From positions 345,154,001 through 345,218,000 of the forward strand of contig OZ024740.1 of NCBI GenBank assembly GCA_964016885.1: DNA of 64,000 nucleotides. The letters run 5' to 3'. Both the position numbers and the translations under genes were made by a program. The notes beneath the pieces were generated by a model. That model was given only the letters and a program-made list of their open reading frames with translations, was not told the DNA's origin and made no database searches. Below are positions 14,754-28,950 of this stretch, in pieces. Each line of letters opens with the position of its first letter. Position 1 is the stretch's first letter. The stretch comes from Eledone cirrhosa (lineage: Eukaryota).

Positions 14754-14978
14754 AGCGGTGGATTGGCAGTATCGGTAGAGCGTCGGACAACAGGCTTTGC
14801 AGCATAGAGTTACGGCCCTTTATGAACTGAGTTCAAATCCTGCCGAGGTTAACTTTGCCTTTCATCCATACGGGGTCGATAAAATAAAGTACCAGTCACG
14901 CACTGCGATCGATTTAATCGATTTTCCACGCCCCCGAAATTGCTGGCCTTGTGCCTATATAAGAAACCATTATATTAT
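14754..14978 (+). mobile_element. Near full-length tRNA-derived SINE
   Basis: A-box-like TGGCAGTATCGG (~14764), B-box GAGTTCAAATCC (~14829), core GCCTTTCATCC..GGGGTCGATAAAATAAAGTACCAGT and an ATT-rich tail; at least 8 related copies in the window. Confidence 0.85.
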
Positions 14979-15763
14979 CAACTCTACATAGAGAATATCC
15001 AAAACCGACATCATCACAATTTGAACTTAAGAATGTATTTCTTTTTAATCTGGTTCATAATGATATTTTCTAATATGGACAAGAGCTCAGAAATATTGAG
15101 AAAGAGGAATGTCGAGCCCAGTACGTGAATGGTAGATTATTTTATCGAGGAAGAAGCATTTTAGGAGGAAGAAGCACAGCGTTAATCTCAGCTGTATTTC
15201 AAACGTTGTATCGATTCTGCACTTAAACAATAGTAAATCTGTTGAACAATGTCGGGATTTTATGAGTTAAGCAGTAGCTACGTACGAAACATATGTTTTT
15301 GGCGGTTTCTTTTGCTAAAATAACACTGCATCCTAAGCTTTCTGAGGGAGGTTTTACGTGACATTTATATATATATATATATATATATATATGGGTAACA
15401 ACTACCTAACTATTTCAGAAAACTAAAATATTAGAAATAGGAAAACATGATAAAAATTAATTAAAAATATTACGCTTGAATAGAATCGTAAAATGGACGA
15501 GAAAATGGTAATGAATGTGAAATGAATTACGAATACTATATTAGGATATACAAGAAACATGTATCAAATGGGGCATATAAAACAGAAATAGCTATATCGA
15601 CTAACATAGAATGAGTTAAATAACAAAATATATCCAGAAAATATATTGATATATACATAGAAATGCACACATCCACGCCATATTACTACTCTATTTCTTT
15701 GCCTCCCTCTATCTATGTATAGAAACATACATGCATACATACTTACACACACACATATATACG

Positions 15764-15794
<31 letters not shown>

Positions 15795-16031
15795 ATATAT
15801 ATATAATATGTGTATATATATATATATATATAATATGTATATATATATATATATATATGTGTATGTAAATACTGCAGAGACTCGACGATAACACAGGTGT
15901 TTGTCCACATTTCAAGCTACCTTGCGAAAACCCCCGAAAGAGTCATTTTCCGAGATCTGAAGACAACATTACTTTGGAGACAAAAATTACAGCCATTGGT
16001 TTCCGAGATTTAAACGATAAACACTGCTCTT

Positions 16032-16149
<118 letters not shown>

Positions 16150-16380
16150 CGTGCGTGTGTGTGTGTGTGTGGGTGTGGGTATGTGTTTATCTTTGTGACT
16201 GTGTTTGTCCCTACGCTGACATACATGATGAGCATATAGATTTTATTGGTATGTGTGTTCTTAACAGCGGAATATGGTTTTTTTTTTTCATATTTTTAAA
16301 AATTGTTTTATGTTTGTGCTTTTCATGTTTCCACTGTTGTTTTCCAGGTATTCAGTCATAGTATTGTTATCAGTCATGTC

Positions 16381-16441
16381 ATTTCTATTGATGTTGCTTG
16401 TTTTGCGTACTCACTTCTCTGCCTTAATGTTATTCTATCCA

Positions 16442-16497
<56 letters not shown>

Positions 16498-16558
16498 TGG
16501 ATAGAATAATATTAAGCCAGAAAAGTGGGTACGCAAAACAAGCAACATCAATAGAAAT
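16381..16558. repeat. Inverted repeat (~64-bp arms, about 4 mismatches) around a (TA)n loop
   Basis: ATTTCTATTGATGTTGCTTGTTTTGCGTAC...TCTATCCAATC (TA)n GATTGGATAGA...GTACGCAAAACAAGCAACATCAATAGAAAT. Confidence 0.92.
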
Positions 16559-16559
16559 A

Positions 16560-17072
<513 letters not shown>

Positions 17073-17636
17073 GCCTATTTAGATATGTATTTATAAAACT
17101 CACACACGTAAATATATGTGTTTGTGGATAACTTTGTGTATGCAAATCAAAGAACCAAGATTCCTTGGTGGAAAGGAACAGAGATAGTAAAACTGGTATC
17201 AACAGAATTGGCTGGCGGCTTTGATGAGATTTCTAAGCACGTATATTAATCTGTTATCAACATATACAAGTAGACATTGACAAGGAAAATGTTACATGAT
17301 TCTCAGATATAATTCTATTAGTATTAATATATCTATATAAATATAAATATACAAATGCATATACTGAAATTCATACATTGAAATGTAGACATATATATAT
17401 ATATATATAAATATATATATATATACATAAAAACATGTATACATGCTTGAATACATACAAATATACACATATAAACATACATACAAAAAGGATACATACT
17501 CAATATTTTTATTTCATGTGAAAAGTCGATCTCTAACGGATATCGCAAATTTAGAAAAAACATACAAATCTTAAGGTACTTAATGTATCACATCTATATG
17601 ATGTAATCATATATATATATGTGTGTGTAAGTATGA

Positions 17637-17773
<137 letters not shown>

Positions 17774-18205
17774 TATAGATATAAATATATAGATATAGAT
17801 ATATAGATACATGCATGTATGTATATATATCTGTGTATGTATGTTTGTTTGTATCAATGAATGTATGTATTTATGAATGAATGTATGTGCGTGCTGTGTA
17901 GCTTTTGTGTGTAGGCGCGACGCATTGTGATTATGTTGTTTGGCTCCCGATCGGAAGCACTTGGCCTTATTTCCCGGCGGTGTGATTAGACTTTGAGCAA
18001 GTTACTTGATTTGCGGATGCTGGCAAAAACTGGTTGTACGTAACATTAGAGGAGCCAGGTTTTCAGCACATTGTGTCAAGCTGAATCTTCATGATAACTA
18101 AATGCAAGGTAATCATACACATTAATTTCACCAGAGGTATTTTTTATGTGCGAACAACAAGTAGATTTCTCTAAACTTACGTAGGGCCAATACGCAAGTA
18201 AATAA

Positions 18206-18287
<82 letters not shown>

Positions 18288-18385
18288 ATGAACATTATAG
18301 GTTGTGATTTTCGACTTGCATTACACGGAGTATACACAAACACCAACGCAAAAAAACACATGCAAACACAAAACAACACACATAT

Positions 18386-18438
<53 letters not shown>

Positions 18439-18592
18439 TACATAGCTATTAATATCTATCTATATATAAAAATATATAAACATATATATGAATATATATA
18501 TATTTATTTATATATATATTGATGTATTTATAATATTTGTAAATATATATATAATTATATATGTATATGTATAAATATATATAAATATATTA

Positions 18593-18654
<62 letters not shown>

Positions 18655-18685
18655 ATATATATATATAAGTATAGATATATACTTG

Positions 18686-18718
<33 letters not shown>

Positions 18719-19210
18719 ATTCCGTGTGTCTGTGTGAAGTTTTCGTTCCCGCGCACTAGTGCGTGTGTTTTGCACGTAAATGATATCTCTTCGCATGTAT
18801 GACGTATAGAGCTATATGACTCTCTGGTCTCTGCAAGTATATTATGACGGTAGTAAACTCGTCGATCAAAGGCAGACTCTGAGAAAAACTACACAGGAAA
18901 TAGATCCTCCTCTTGCGAGATAAACTGCTGAAATGACTGTAGGATTAGTTAACCTATGAAGACAACTAAAACCTTTAGGATATATTATAGTGTTGTGCTT
19001 TGAACCACTCTGGAATTCTAATCACTATAATAATTCAGCCTTTGTTGTTGATTTGCAAATATTTTTTTCTTTTCTTTCAGATATTGCGTTTGTTGTTTTG
19101 ATAAGTGCACACATACATACATACATACATATATACACACGTTCATGCACACACACATATACATATATTTACATATCTACGTATAACTATTTATCCATCC
19201 CACTCTCTGC

Positions 19211-19382
<172 letters not shown>

Positions 19383-19577
19383 TGTGTGTGTGTGTGTGTG
19401 TGTAAACAGGGAGAGACGCATGCATGTCTGTCTAACTCAACCGGTCACCTCAGATCCATATGGCGTCGGGTCCTATCTTTACGTGACGCCTTGATCAAAT
19501 GATTTCTACTATGCCTCTGTTTGACGGAAACTGCAGTAGCCCGCCACACACGCACACATACACACAAATACACACTT

Positions 19578-19647
<70 letters not shown>

Positions 19648-19897
19648 GTGTGCGTGTGTGTGTGTGTGTGAGTGTGAGTGTGTGTGTGCAAAAATTAAAT
19701 GTAAACAACAAATCAAACAACACAGTTCATATAGTATTAAAAGTGCGTTCAGGTTTCGGGTACTAACCCGACATCAGGAGATAGAATGGGAAATATATGA
19801 TAAAGTATCATTGAAATATAGAGTGGGAAGGCAGGTGGGATTATTTTTCGAGAAAAAGCACTTGTTTTTTTAGTCAGCCATTTCGTGAAAATCCTTG

Positions 19898-20056
<159 letters not shown>

Positions 20057-20808
20057 TATATATATATATAAGTGCGTGTGTTGAAAGTGTCATTGTACCC
20101 CCCCCCCCTTACACACACACATATACATACATATATCTATACATTCCCATATATAAATATATGTCTGTGTGCGTACCTGTGTATGTGTACAATGACATTT
20201 TCAACAGAAGTTTGTGATTTTTTAAAATATTTGTATTAGAATCCAATGAGAATAGATATGAAGTGATTGTTGACGAAGGTGTTACAAGAAGCCTTGACAG
20301 TTTGTCTCTGTCTTTAGCTAAACAATAGCAGGATTGTTGTTGTTGTCATTTATAGTTTCCTTCCTGTCATACTTCACTCCTTACCCAATCCGTTTCTAAA
20401 ACTATCTTCCTGCTTTACCGTCTCTATTGCATTCAACTAAAAGCTCTTTTGGAATATATTTCCAACATAAATCACCCAAACACACGTTTCAAAAATGATA
20501 GACGGAACGAAAGAAAGAATAAAGGTTGAAAGGAAGTCCAGAAATTGATGAGATGGAGGTTAATGAAAGTACAGGAAAGGAGAAAAATAATTGTCGAACA
20601 AAAGTGGGAGTGGTAAAAAGTTAAGTAGGGAAATTCAGAAAGAAATTCTGACGGCATATTGCATCAAATGAAAGAATGTGTTGAAAGGTGAAACAATAAA
20701 AAGGATAGACTGCAGAAATATAAAGAATGAGAAATAGTAAGAAGCAGAGGCTGCATAATACAGTCACAGACACTCATACAGTATATTGCTAAATATACTA
20801 TACATACA

Positions 20809-20858
<50 letters not shown>

Positions 20859-20929
20859 CTCTCCATATTTCTTTTCAATGGCTGACAATACCTTACCGGC
20901 GCCACTCGAATAAGGTAGTTATTTAACCC

Positions 20930-21075
20930 ATAAATGGAGCCCTAACAGGTACTACCACCCCGGGCCAGGGCAGACCTGGGGAGTTATGACAACTAAGGGG
21001 TAACTCCACATTCCCCACATCTCCTGAACTCCCGAACTGGAGCCTTGCCACTGGATGTAATTTAATGTCATACCC
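20930..21075 (+). repeat. Probable dispersed repeat fragment abutting the LINE 5' truncation point
   Basis: GC-richer block CCCTAACAGGTACTACCAC..GACCTGGGGAG..ACTCCACATTCCCC..ACTGGAGCC..GTCATACCC. I recall it as a common octopus repeat, but only one copy is in this window. Confidence 0.4.
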
Positions 21076-21558
21076 TTGAGATCGGTGTGGAAGTCGGACC
21101 TTCGTAGAGACCTGAAAATCCGCCTCTTCATTGCTGTAGTGGAGTCTGTGCTGCTGTATGGGTCTGAGACTTGGACACTGACCAAGTAACTCACTCAGAT
21201 GGTGGATGGGTGCTACACGAGAATGCTGAGGATGGCTCTGAACATTAATCAGTATACACTGAGGATGAAAAGCTCAGAGCTGTATGGGAGCATCCCAAAA
21301 GTCAGCTCAAAAGTGACACAGAGGAGACTGAGGTTAGCTGAACATGCTCACCGACATCCAGAGTTGACATTGCACTCAGTGCTCCTTTGGGAGCCCCTAC
21401 ATGGGCACACTGGAAGAGGAAGACCAAGGTTGACGTATGTTGATGCCCTAAGGTCAGACACTGGTCTGTTGGAGACGCAGGACATGGCAGCGATAATGAG
21501 GGACAGAGACCGCTGGAGAGAACTCGTCCATGGATCTCGGGAATTTTACCCGCCTTAG
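21076..21558 (+). mobile_element. 5'-truncated RTE-clade LINE (C-terminal part of the RT ORF)
   Basis: LRSVWKSDLRRDLKIRLFIAVVESVLLYGSETWTLTK*...DGCYTRMLRMALNI...RRLRLAEHAHRH...LLWEPLHG..GRGRPRLTYVD...DRDRWR: typical RTE thumb/C-terminal motifs, with one in-frame stop. Confidence 0.88.
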
Positions 21559-21569
21559 ATAGATATATA

Positions 21570-22252
21570 TATATGTATATAAGTATGTACAGGTACATAC
21601 ATATATGTATACAGACGTACAGTAGTATGTATATATATATACATACATGCACACATATATATATATGTACGTATGGATTCACCGAACATTTATTATATGC
21701 TCGGTGTGTTTGTAAACAAACATCCTGTTGTGTTGTATTTTGGTATATACATACTACTGTACGTCTGTATACATATATGTATGTACGTGTACATACTTAT
21801 ATTTAAGTAACAGCCGTACTAAGAGTGTGAAATGAAATTTCGTTTCATTTTTTCCGTTTAACCCACTCGATATGCAAATTGGGCTACTCAGCCGTTAATA
21901 TGCATAAGGTAAGTATATACGTTCAACAATCTGGCAGGAAGGTATACGTTGCTGATGATAGCTAATAAGCTTGAAACTAGTACATCGTTCCTTTGTCAGT
22001 GTTGAACAAACGAGCAACGATGGTTACTAGACACTACGGCTTAATACGGCATGTTTGTTTACAAACACACCGAGCATTATAATAAATGTTCGATGAATCC
22101 ATACGTACATATATATATGTGTGCATGTATGTATATATATATACATACTGCTGTACGTCTGTATACATATATGTATGTACGTGTACATACTTATATTTAA
22201 GTAACAGCCGTACTAAGAGTGGGAAATGAAATTTCGTTTCATTTTTTCCGTT
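21570..22252. mobile_element. TA-embedded fold-back/MITE-like element with ~145-bp inverted arms
   Basis: 21578-21723 is the reverse complement of ~22051-22195. An extra copy of the terminal block lies at 21745-21858. The element ends ...TTTTTTCCGTT followed by (TA)n. Confidence 0.8.
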
Positions 22253-22284
<32 letters not shown>

Positions 22285-22322
22285 GGGAAGCATAGTTCTA
22301 TACAAAGCGGTGGTTAAATCTA

Positions 22323-22599
22323 AAGTCGGAAATAGCACGGAAAAAATATTTTAGGGTCTGTTATTCTTTGTTTTTTTTCAGTCTCCTTAGCCACAAGGAA
22401 GATGAAAAAACCTTACCTCTTAATTTTAAATCGTTACTTTTCAGTTTTTAATTCTTATTAATTATTTTTAATTATAAATCTCAACATTTGATAAGATGAA
22501 TTTTACTAATACATAAACCGGTAATACTTTATATGCATTGGTGGATCGGCATTATCGGTAAAGAGCACTAAAATATATTTTCCGTGCTAGTTCCAACTT
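22323..22599. repeat. Imperfect ~32-bp inverted repeat with ~210-bp spacer
   Basis: AAGTCGGAAATAGCACGGAAAAAATATTTTAG versus CTAAAATATATTTTCCGTGCTAGTTCCAACTT; the block lies between a TA tract and a CT/TA tract. Confidence 0.7.
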
Positions 22600-23302
22600 C
22601 ACCTTTTCTCTCTCTCTATATATATATATGTGTGTATGTGTGTATATATATATATATACATAGAGAGATAGAGAGAGAGAGAGGGGGGAGGAAAAGAGAG
22701 TTTTCGATCTCGAAAAAAGCAGGTTCAATTCAAGAGAATCAAATACATACAAACACAGAAGCAAATACATGCGAACACACATATATTTTCAGATGTTTCA
22801 TGTATCTGCCACGCTCTGTCTCCCGCCCCCTCGCTCAGATACATCCATTGACCGTGTCTCTCGCTTTCCTTCTGTCTGGTTCACATTTAACCCTTTGTAT
22901 GTCATTATCTATATATCTTTCATCGTAGCATTTTTTTTCTCTTTTGATATCTGTTATATTTCACATTTAGTTCTGCCCTCAATATATACATGAATAGCAC
23001 ACAATGCTATTTTCATTGCAAATAATTGTCTTATATAGAATATCTTCATCATCTTCATCATCCTGCTATCTTCATTTTTAACCTCAGTATTAACATTATT
23101 ATCACAGATACATGCCTCAACATCATTGCCCTATTCGTCGTCACCGTTATCATTTTCGTCACTATCGTCATATTTGTCATCGCTCGTAATTAGCATCGGT
23201 ACTAGCATCAACACCACTATCAGCTGCTGCTGGAGATGCCAGTTTGGTTTCACCGGCAGCAACCAATTTACTAACAACCTACTGTACCAGAATCAACCGT
23301 CT

Positions 23303-23369
<67 letters not shown>

Positions 23370-23395
23370 CACTACTACTACTACTGCTGCTGCTG

Positions 23396-23459
<64 letters not shown>

Positions 23460-23480
23460 CACTACTACTGCTGCTGCTGC
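23303..23480. repeat. (CTA)n/(CTG)n trinucleotide microsatellite
   Basis: Direct reading. Confidence 0.95.
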
Positions 23481-23674
23481 TATCGTTGGCATCACTCTTA
23501 ACATTATTTCTACAACGACAAAGACGCCACTCGAATGTTGAAGTGGTAAGTAACATCGATAGTACAAGTAGACACATACTCTGCAGCTGGTGGATAGCTT
23601 GGTCTTCTTGTTGCTGATGTCACATTGAGAGAGTCAATCGTATGATGAAGATGATGATGGGGATTTATGTATTG

Positions 23675-23723
<49 letters not shown>

Positions 23724-23735
23724 TAATAATAATAA

Positions 23736-23903
23736 TGCCTTCTTTATTAAGCACAAGGTTACATAAAGTAGACGTTAAGGACAGTACAGGACAATACAGG
23801 ACCGTACAAATGGGCATTTCTGCGTGTAAAAAAACAGGATGTAATAAAAATAACAATGAAAAATTCCCCAATAGGGGGAGACTTCCGAGGGACATTTGTG
23901 GAT
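23736..23903 (-). mobile_element. 3' UTR-only fragment of the Tx1-like LINE, in (AAT)n
   Basis: Closely matches 28949-29128 (TCTTTATTAA.CACAA.GGTT..ACA.AAAGTAGAC.TTAAGGACAGTACAGGACAATAC...GGGAGACTTCCGAGGGACATT.GTGGA); AATAAA then (ATT)n on the minus strand. Confidence 0.85.
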
Positions 23904-23969
23904 AAATAATAATAATAATAATGATTATAAAAATGATTTCATTTATTACCCACAAGGGCCGACATGTAG

Positions 23970-24035
<66 letters not shown>

Positions 24036-26590
24036 TTATCATAGAGGAATTGAAGCAACGCATTGTAGCAAAGAGTGCCAAAATCAGGCGATACGAGAAC
24101 AGAGTCAGTCAGTATAAACAGAACCGCATGTTCGACAACAACCAGAAGATGCTGTTTGGACAGCTTGAGGGGAAAGAAAGAGGCAACGACTTGATCCCTG
24201 GGGCGGAACAAGCTAAAACATTCTGGAGAGGAATATGGGAGCAGGATGTTAGACACAATGCCCAGGCAGGGTGGATTGAAACAGTACAGAGGGAGATCGG
24301 TGAGCAGGCACAACAACAGACTGATTTGAGTATCACAGTTGAAACTCTTAAGGGGCAAGCCAAAAAACTAACCAACTGGAAATCACCAGGCCCAGATGGT
24401 GTGCAGGGGTATTGGATTAAACATTTAACATCCCTCCACCCGAAGCTGACGGCCATGTTCAATGACTGCTTGGTGTCGGGTGAGGTGCCAGAGTGGTTGA
24501 CAAAAGGTACCACAGTTCTGATAATGAAAGACCGAATCAAGGGTAATGATGTTACCAACTATAGACCTATCACATGTCTGCCCGTAATGTGGAAACTGTT
24601 GACGAGCATTGTGTCTGAGGAAATCTACCATCACCTCCACACAAACAACTTGTTGCCGGACGAACAGAAAGGATGCCGAAAGAAGTCACGTGGTACAAAG
24701 GACCAGTTGCTTATTGATAAGATGGTAATGGGGAATTGCAGGAGGAGACACACTGATCTTGCCATGGGATGGATAGACTACAGAAAGGCATTTGACATGG
24801 TGCCTCATTCCTGGATCACCAAAAGCCTGGAGATCTTCAGGGTGGCAGATAACATCAGATAGTTGCTGGGCAGGAGTATGGGGTCCTGGGAGACAGAGTT
24901 GACATCAACTGGAGTATCCTTGGGAAGCGTGAAGATCAAGAGAGGTATCTTCCAGGGAGATAGCCTGTCCCCTCTGTTGTTTGTCCTTGCCCTGATGCCC
25001 TTGACCATTATGCTGCGAAAAGTGAGAGCAGGATACAAGTTGGGAAGGGGAGAGCTTACCATCAATCACCTCCTCTTCATGGACGATCTTAAGCTCTTCG
25101 GGAAAAGTGAGTAGGAGTTGGATGTGCTTGTTGACACTGTCCGTATTTTCAGCAGTGATATATGTATGCAGTTTGGTATTGGTAAATGTGGAGTCATTGT
25201 GATGAGGAGGGGTAGGTTGAGCAGAAGTAACGGGATCCAGATACCAACAGGTGAGATGATAAAGGAAATTGACTCTGAGGAAGGATACAAGTATTTGGGC
25301 GTTCTGGAGGCTGATGGCATGAAGAACAAAAAAATGAAGGAATTGTTAAGAACTGAATACATTCGGAGAGTAAGGAGCGTATTGAAGTCACATCTGAACA
25401 GCAGAAATGCCATAAGCGCAGTAAATTCCCGAGCTGTGTCTATTATTAGGTACAGTGCGGGAATTCTGAGATGGAATGTTGCTGAACAAAAAGAAATGGA
25501 TAGGAAGACTAGGAAGCTATTGACTATCTACAACATGTTCCACAAGAGGAGTGATGTCGATAGACTCTACCTAAGGAGATCTGAGGGTGGAAGAGGTCTT
25601 ATCAGCATAGAGGACTGTGTTCAGATGGAGAAAAACAACCTATACAAATACGTGACCTATAGTAAGGAGCCAATGCTCAGAGCTGTACTGAAGGAGGGGA
25701 CAGTAGGCCAGGGGATATCCAAGGAGGAAATAACATCAAGGAGGAAGAGCAGCCTTAAGGGAAAATCCCTTCATAGTACCTTCTTTGAGAAAACTGAATT
25801 TAGAGATCCACAGACATGGAACTGGTTGAGAAGAGGAGACCTCAAAAAGGCTACAGAAGGAATGCTAATGGCTGCGCAGGAGCAGGCCCTCAAAACGAAG
25901 TGGTTGAAGCACCATATCTACAAGGAGGAGGCTAGCCCACTGTGCAGGATCTGTGGAGAGAGAGAGGAGACTGTGGCTCACATTGTGTCCGAGTCTAAAC
26001 ACCTAGCCCAGACCCACTATAAGGGCTGGAGACACGATGTGATGGGCAGGGTGATCCACTGGCACCTGTGCAAAGTAAACAATCTACCACATTCTGAGAA
26101 ATGGTATGAGCATAGGCCAGAGGCGGTGATGGAGAACAGTCAGGTGAAGGTGCTGTGGGATTTTAGGATACAGACGGACAAAAAACTGGAACACAATAGA
26201 CCTGACCTGGTGGTTGTGGACAAAGAAAAAAGATCGTGCCTGATTGTGGATGTGGCCTGCCCGTTCGACACGAGAGTGCAAGAGAAGGAGAGGGAGAAAA
26301 TTAACCGATACCAGGACCTAAAGTGGGAGGTGAAAAGGATTTGGAACTGCCATGAAGTCAAAGTGATCCCGATTGTCATAGGCGCACTGGGGACTATCTC
26401 CAAAGGTTTCCAGGGATGGTTAAAGAAAATCGGCCCCTTCACGCTTTTTGGAACGCTTCAAAAGGCATGCTTGCTTGGAACGGCAAGAACCCTCCGATAC
26501 GTCCTGAATATCTGAAGCTGCAGGTAGTGGCTTGATATTCAATCGAACGGACTTTCCAGTTAACCAACATCAATGACTGAGATTCAAGGA
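24036..26590 (+). mobile_element. R4/Dong-clade non-LTR retrotransposon, 5'-truncated copy 1 (RT, zinc knuckle, restriction-like endonuclease)
   Basis: One frame across ORFs 23921-24862, 24863-25114 and 25118-26515, interrupted by two TAG stops. RT motifs [40 protein letters not shown]; CRIC..ETVAHIVSES (CCHC with C>S), RHD, and RPD..D..K..Y nuclease. Flanked on both sides by (TAA)n, the known Dong target. Confidence 0.93.
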
Positions 26591-26627
26591 ATAACAATAA
26601 CAATAATAATAATAATAATAATAATAA

Positions 26628-26760
26628 TTCAAAAGGCATGCTTGCTGGGAACAGCAAGAACCCGCCGATACGTCCTGAATATCTGAGGCTGCAGATAGTG
26701 GCTTGATATTCATTTCAACAAACTTTCCAGTTAACTAACATCAATGACTGAGACTCAAAG
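26628..26760 (+). mobile_element. R4/Dong mini-copy (last ~130 bp only)
   Basis: Matches 26457-26590 (TTCAAAAGGCATGCTTGCT...TCAATGACTGAGA.TCAA); (AAT)n on both sides. Confidence 0.9.
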
Positions 26761-26772
26761 AGTAATAACAAC

Positions 26773-26820
<48 letters not shown>

Positions 26821-28907
26821 TACCACAGTTCTGGTAATGAAAGACCAAATCAAGGGTAATGATGTTACCAGCTATAGACCTATCACATGTCTGTCCGTAA
26901 TGTGGAAACTGTTGACAACCATTATGTCTGATGAAATCTACCATCACCTCCACACAAACAACTTGTTACCGGACGAACAGAAACGATGCTGAAAGAAGTC
27001 CCGTGGTACAAAGGACCAGTTACTTATTGATAAGATGGAAATGAGGAATTGCAAGAGGAGACACACTGGTCTTGCCATGGGATGGATAAACTACAAAAAG
27101 GCATTTGACATGGTGCCTGATTCTTGGATCACCAAAAGCCTAGAGATCTTCAAGGTGGCAGATAACATCAGACAGTTGTTGGGCAAAAGTATGAAGTCCT
27201 GGAAAACAGTGTTAACATCAGCTGGAGAATCCTTAGGAGGCGTGAAGATCAAGAGAGGTATCTTCCAGGGAGATAGTCTGTCCCCTCTGTTGTTTGTCCT
27301 TGCCCCTGATGCCCCTGACCATTATATTGCGAAAAGTGAGAGCAGGATACAAGTTGGGAAAGGGAGAGCTTCCCATCAATCACCTCTTCTTCATGGACGA
27401 TCTTAAGCTCTTCGGGAAGAGTGAGAAGGAGTTGGATGTGCTTGTTGACACTGTCCGTATTTTCAGCAATGATATATGTATGCAATTTGGTATTAGTAAG
27501 TGTGGAGCCCTTGTGATGAAGAGGGGTAAATTGAGCAGAAGCAACGGAATCCAGGTACCAACAGGTGAGATGATAAAGGAAGTTGACACTGAAGAAGGAC
27601 ACAAGTATTTGGGTGTTCTGCAGGCTGATGACATCAAGAACAAAGAAATGAAGGAATTGATAAGATCTGAATACATTCGGAGAGTAAGGAGCGTATTAGA
27701 GTCACATCTGAACAGTAGGAATGCCATAAGTGCAGTAAATTCCCGAGCTGTGTCTATTATTAGGTACAATGCGGGAATTCTGAGATGGAATGTTGCTGAA
27801 CAAAAAGAAATGGATAGGAAGACTAGGAAGCTATTGACTATCTACAACATGTTCCACAAGAGGAGTGATGTTGATAGTCTCTACTTAAGGAGATATGAAG
27901 GTGGAAAAGGTCTTATCAGCATAGAGGACTGAGTTCAGATGGAAAAAAACAACCTACACAACTTCGTGACTGATAGTAAGGAGCCAATGCCCAGAACTGT
28001 ACTGAAGGAGAGGACAATAGACCAGGGGGTGCCCAAGGAGGAAATAACAACAAGGAGATAGAGCAGCCTTCATGAAACATCCCTTCATAGTACCTTATTT
28101 GAGAAAACTAAAATCAGAGATCCACAGACATGGAACTTGTTGAAAAGAGGAGACCTTAAAAAGGCTACAGAAGGAATGCTAATGGCTGCGCAAGAGCAGG
28201 CCCTCAAAACGAAGTGGTTGAAACACCATATTTACAAGGGGGATGCTAGCCCACTGTGCAGGATCTGTGGAGAGAGAGAGGAGACTGTGCCTCACATTGT
28301 ATCCGAGTGTAAACTCCTAGCCCAGACTCGCTATAAGGGCTGGAGACATGATGTGTTGGGCAGGGTAATCCACTGGTACCTATGCAAAGTAAACAATTTA
28401 CCACATCCTGAGAAGTGGTATGAGCATAAGCCAGAGTCGGTGATAGAAAACGATCAGGTGAAGTTGCTGTGGGAATATAGGATACAGACGGACAAGAAAC
28501 TGGAACACAATAGACCTGACCTGGTGGTTTTGGACAAGGAAAAAAGATCGTGCCTGATTGTGGATGTGGCCTGCCCATTCGACAAGAGAGTGCAAGAGAA
28601 GGAGAGGGAGAAAATTAACCGATACCAGGACTTAAAGTGGGGGGGTAAAAAGGATTTGGAACTGTCATGAAGTCAAAGTGGTCCCGATTGTCATAGGCGC
28701 ACTAGGTACTATCTCCAAAAGTTTCCAGGGATGGTTAAAGAAAATTGGCCCCGCCACGCTTTTTGGAACGCTTCAAAAGGCATGCTTGCTGGGAACAGCA
28801 AGAACCCTCCGATACGTCCTGATTATGTGACGCTGCAGGTATTGGCTTGATATTCACTTCAACAAACTTTCCAGTTAACTAACATCAATGACTGAGACTC
28901 AAAGAAC
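26821..28907 (+). mobile_element. R4/Dong-clade retrotransposon, 5'-truncated copy 2 (stops and frameshifts)
   Basis: Colinear with copy 1 from TTVLVMKD onward. Intact CRIC..H...C, RHD and RPD..D. Stops at ~26990 and ~27930; frameshifts near 27305 and 28640. (AAT)n flanks. Confidence 0.92.

Positions 28908-28948
<41 letters not shown>

Positions 28949-28950
<2 letters not shown>

Noticed and set aside
14754-14845. Possible tRNA gene (A and B boxes)
   Set aside because: No cloverleaf, and it continues into the multi-copy SINE core; it is a SINE head.
23126-23617. Poly-L/Y/S/V ORFs
   Set aside because: Frames of the (CTA)n/(CTG)n repeat.
23921-24035. Apparent N-terminus with poly-Asn on the RT ORF
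   Set aside because: It is the (AAT)n target tract and a Tx1-like mini-end read in frame with a 5'-truncated Dong copy, not part of the element's protein.
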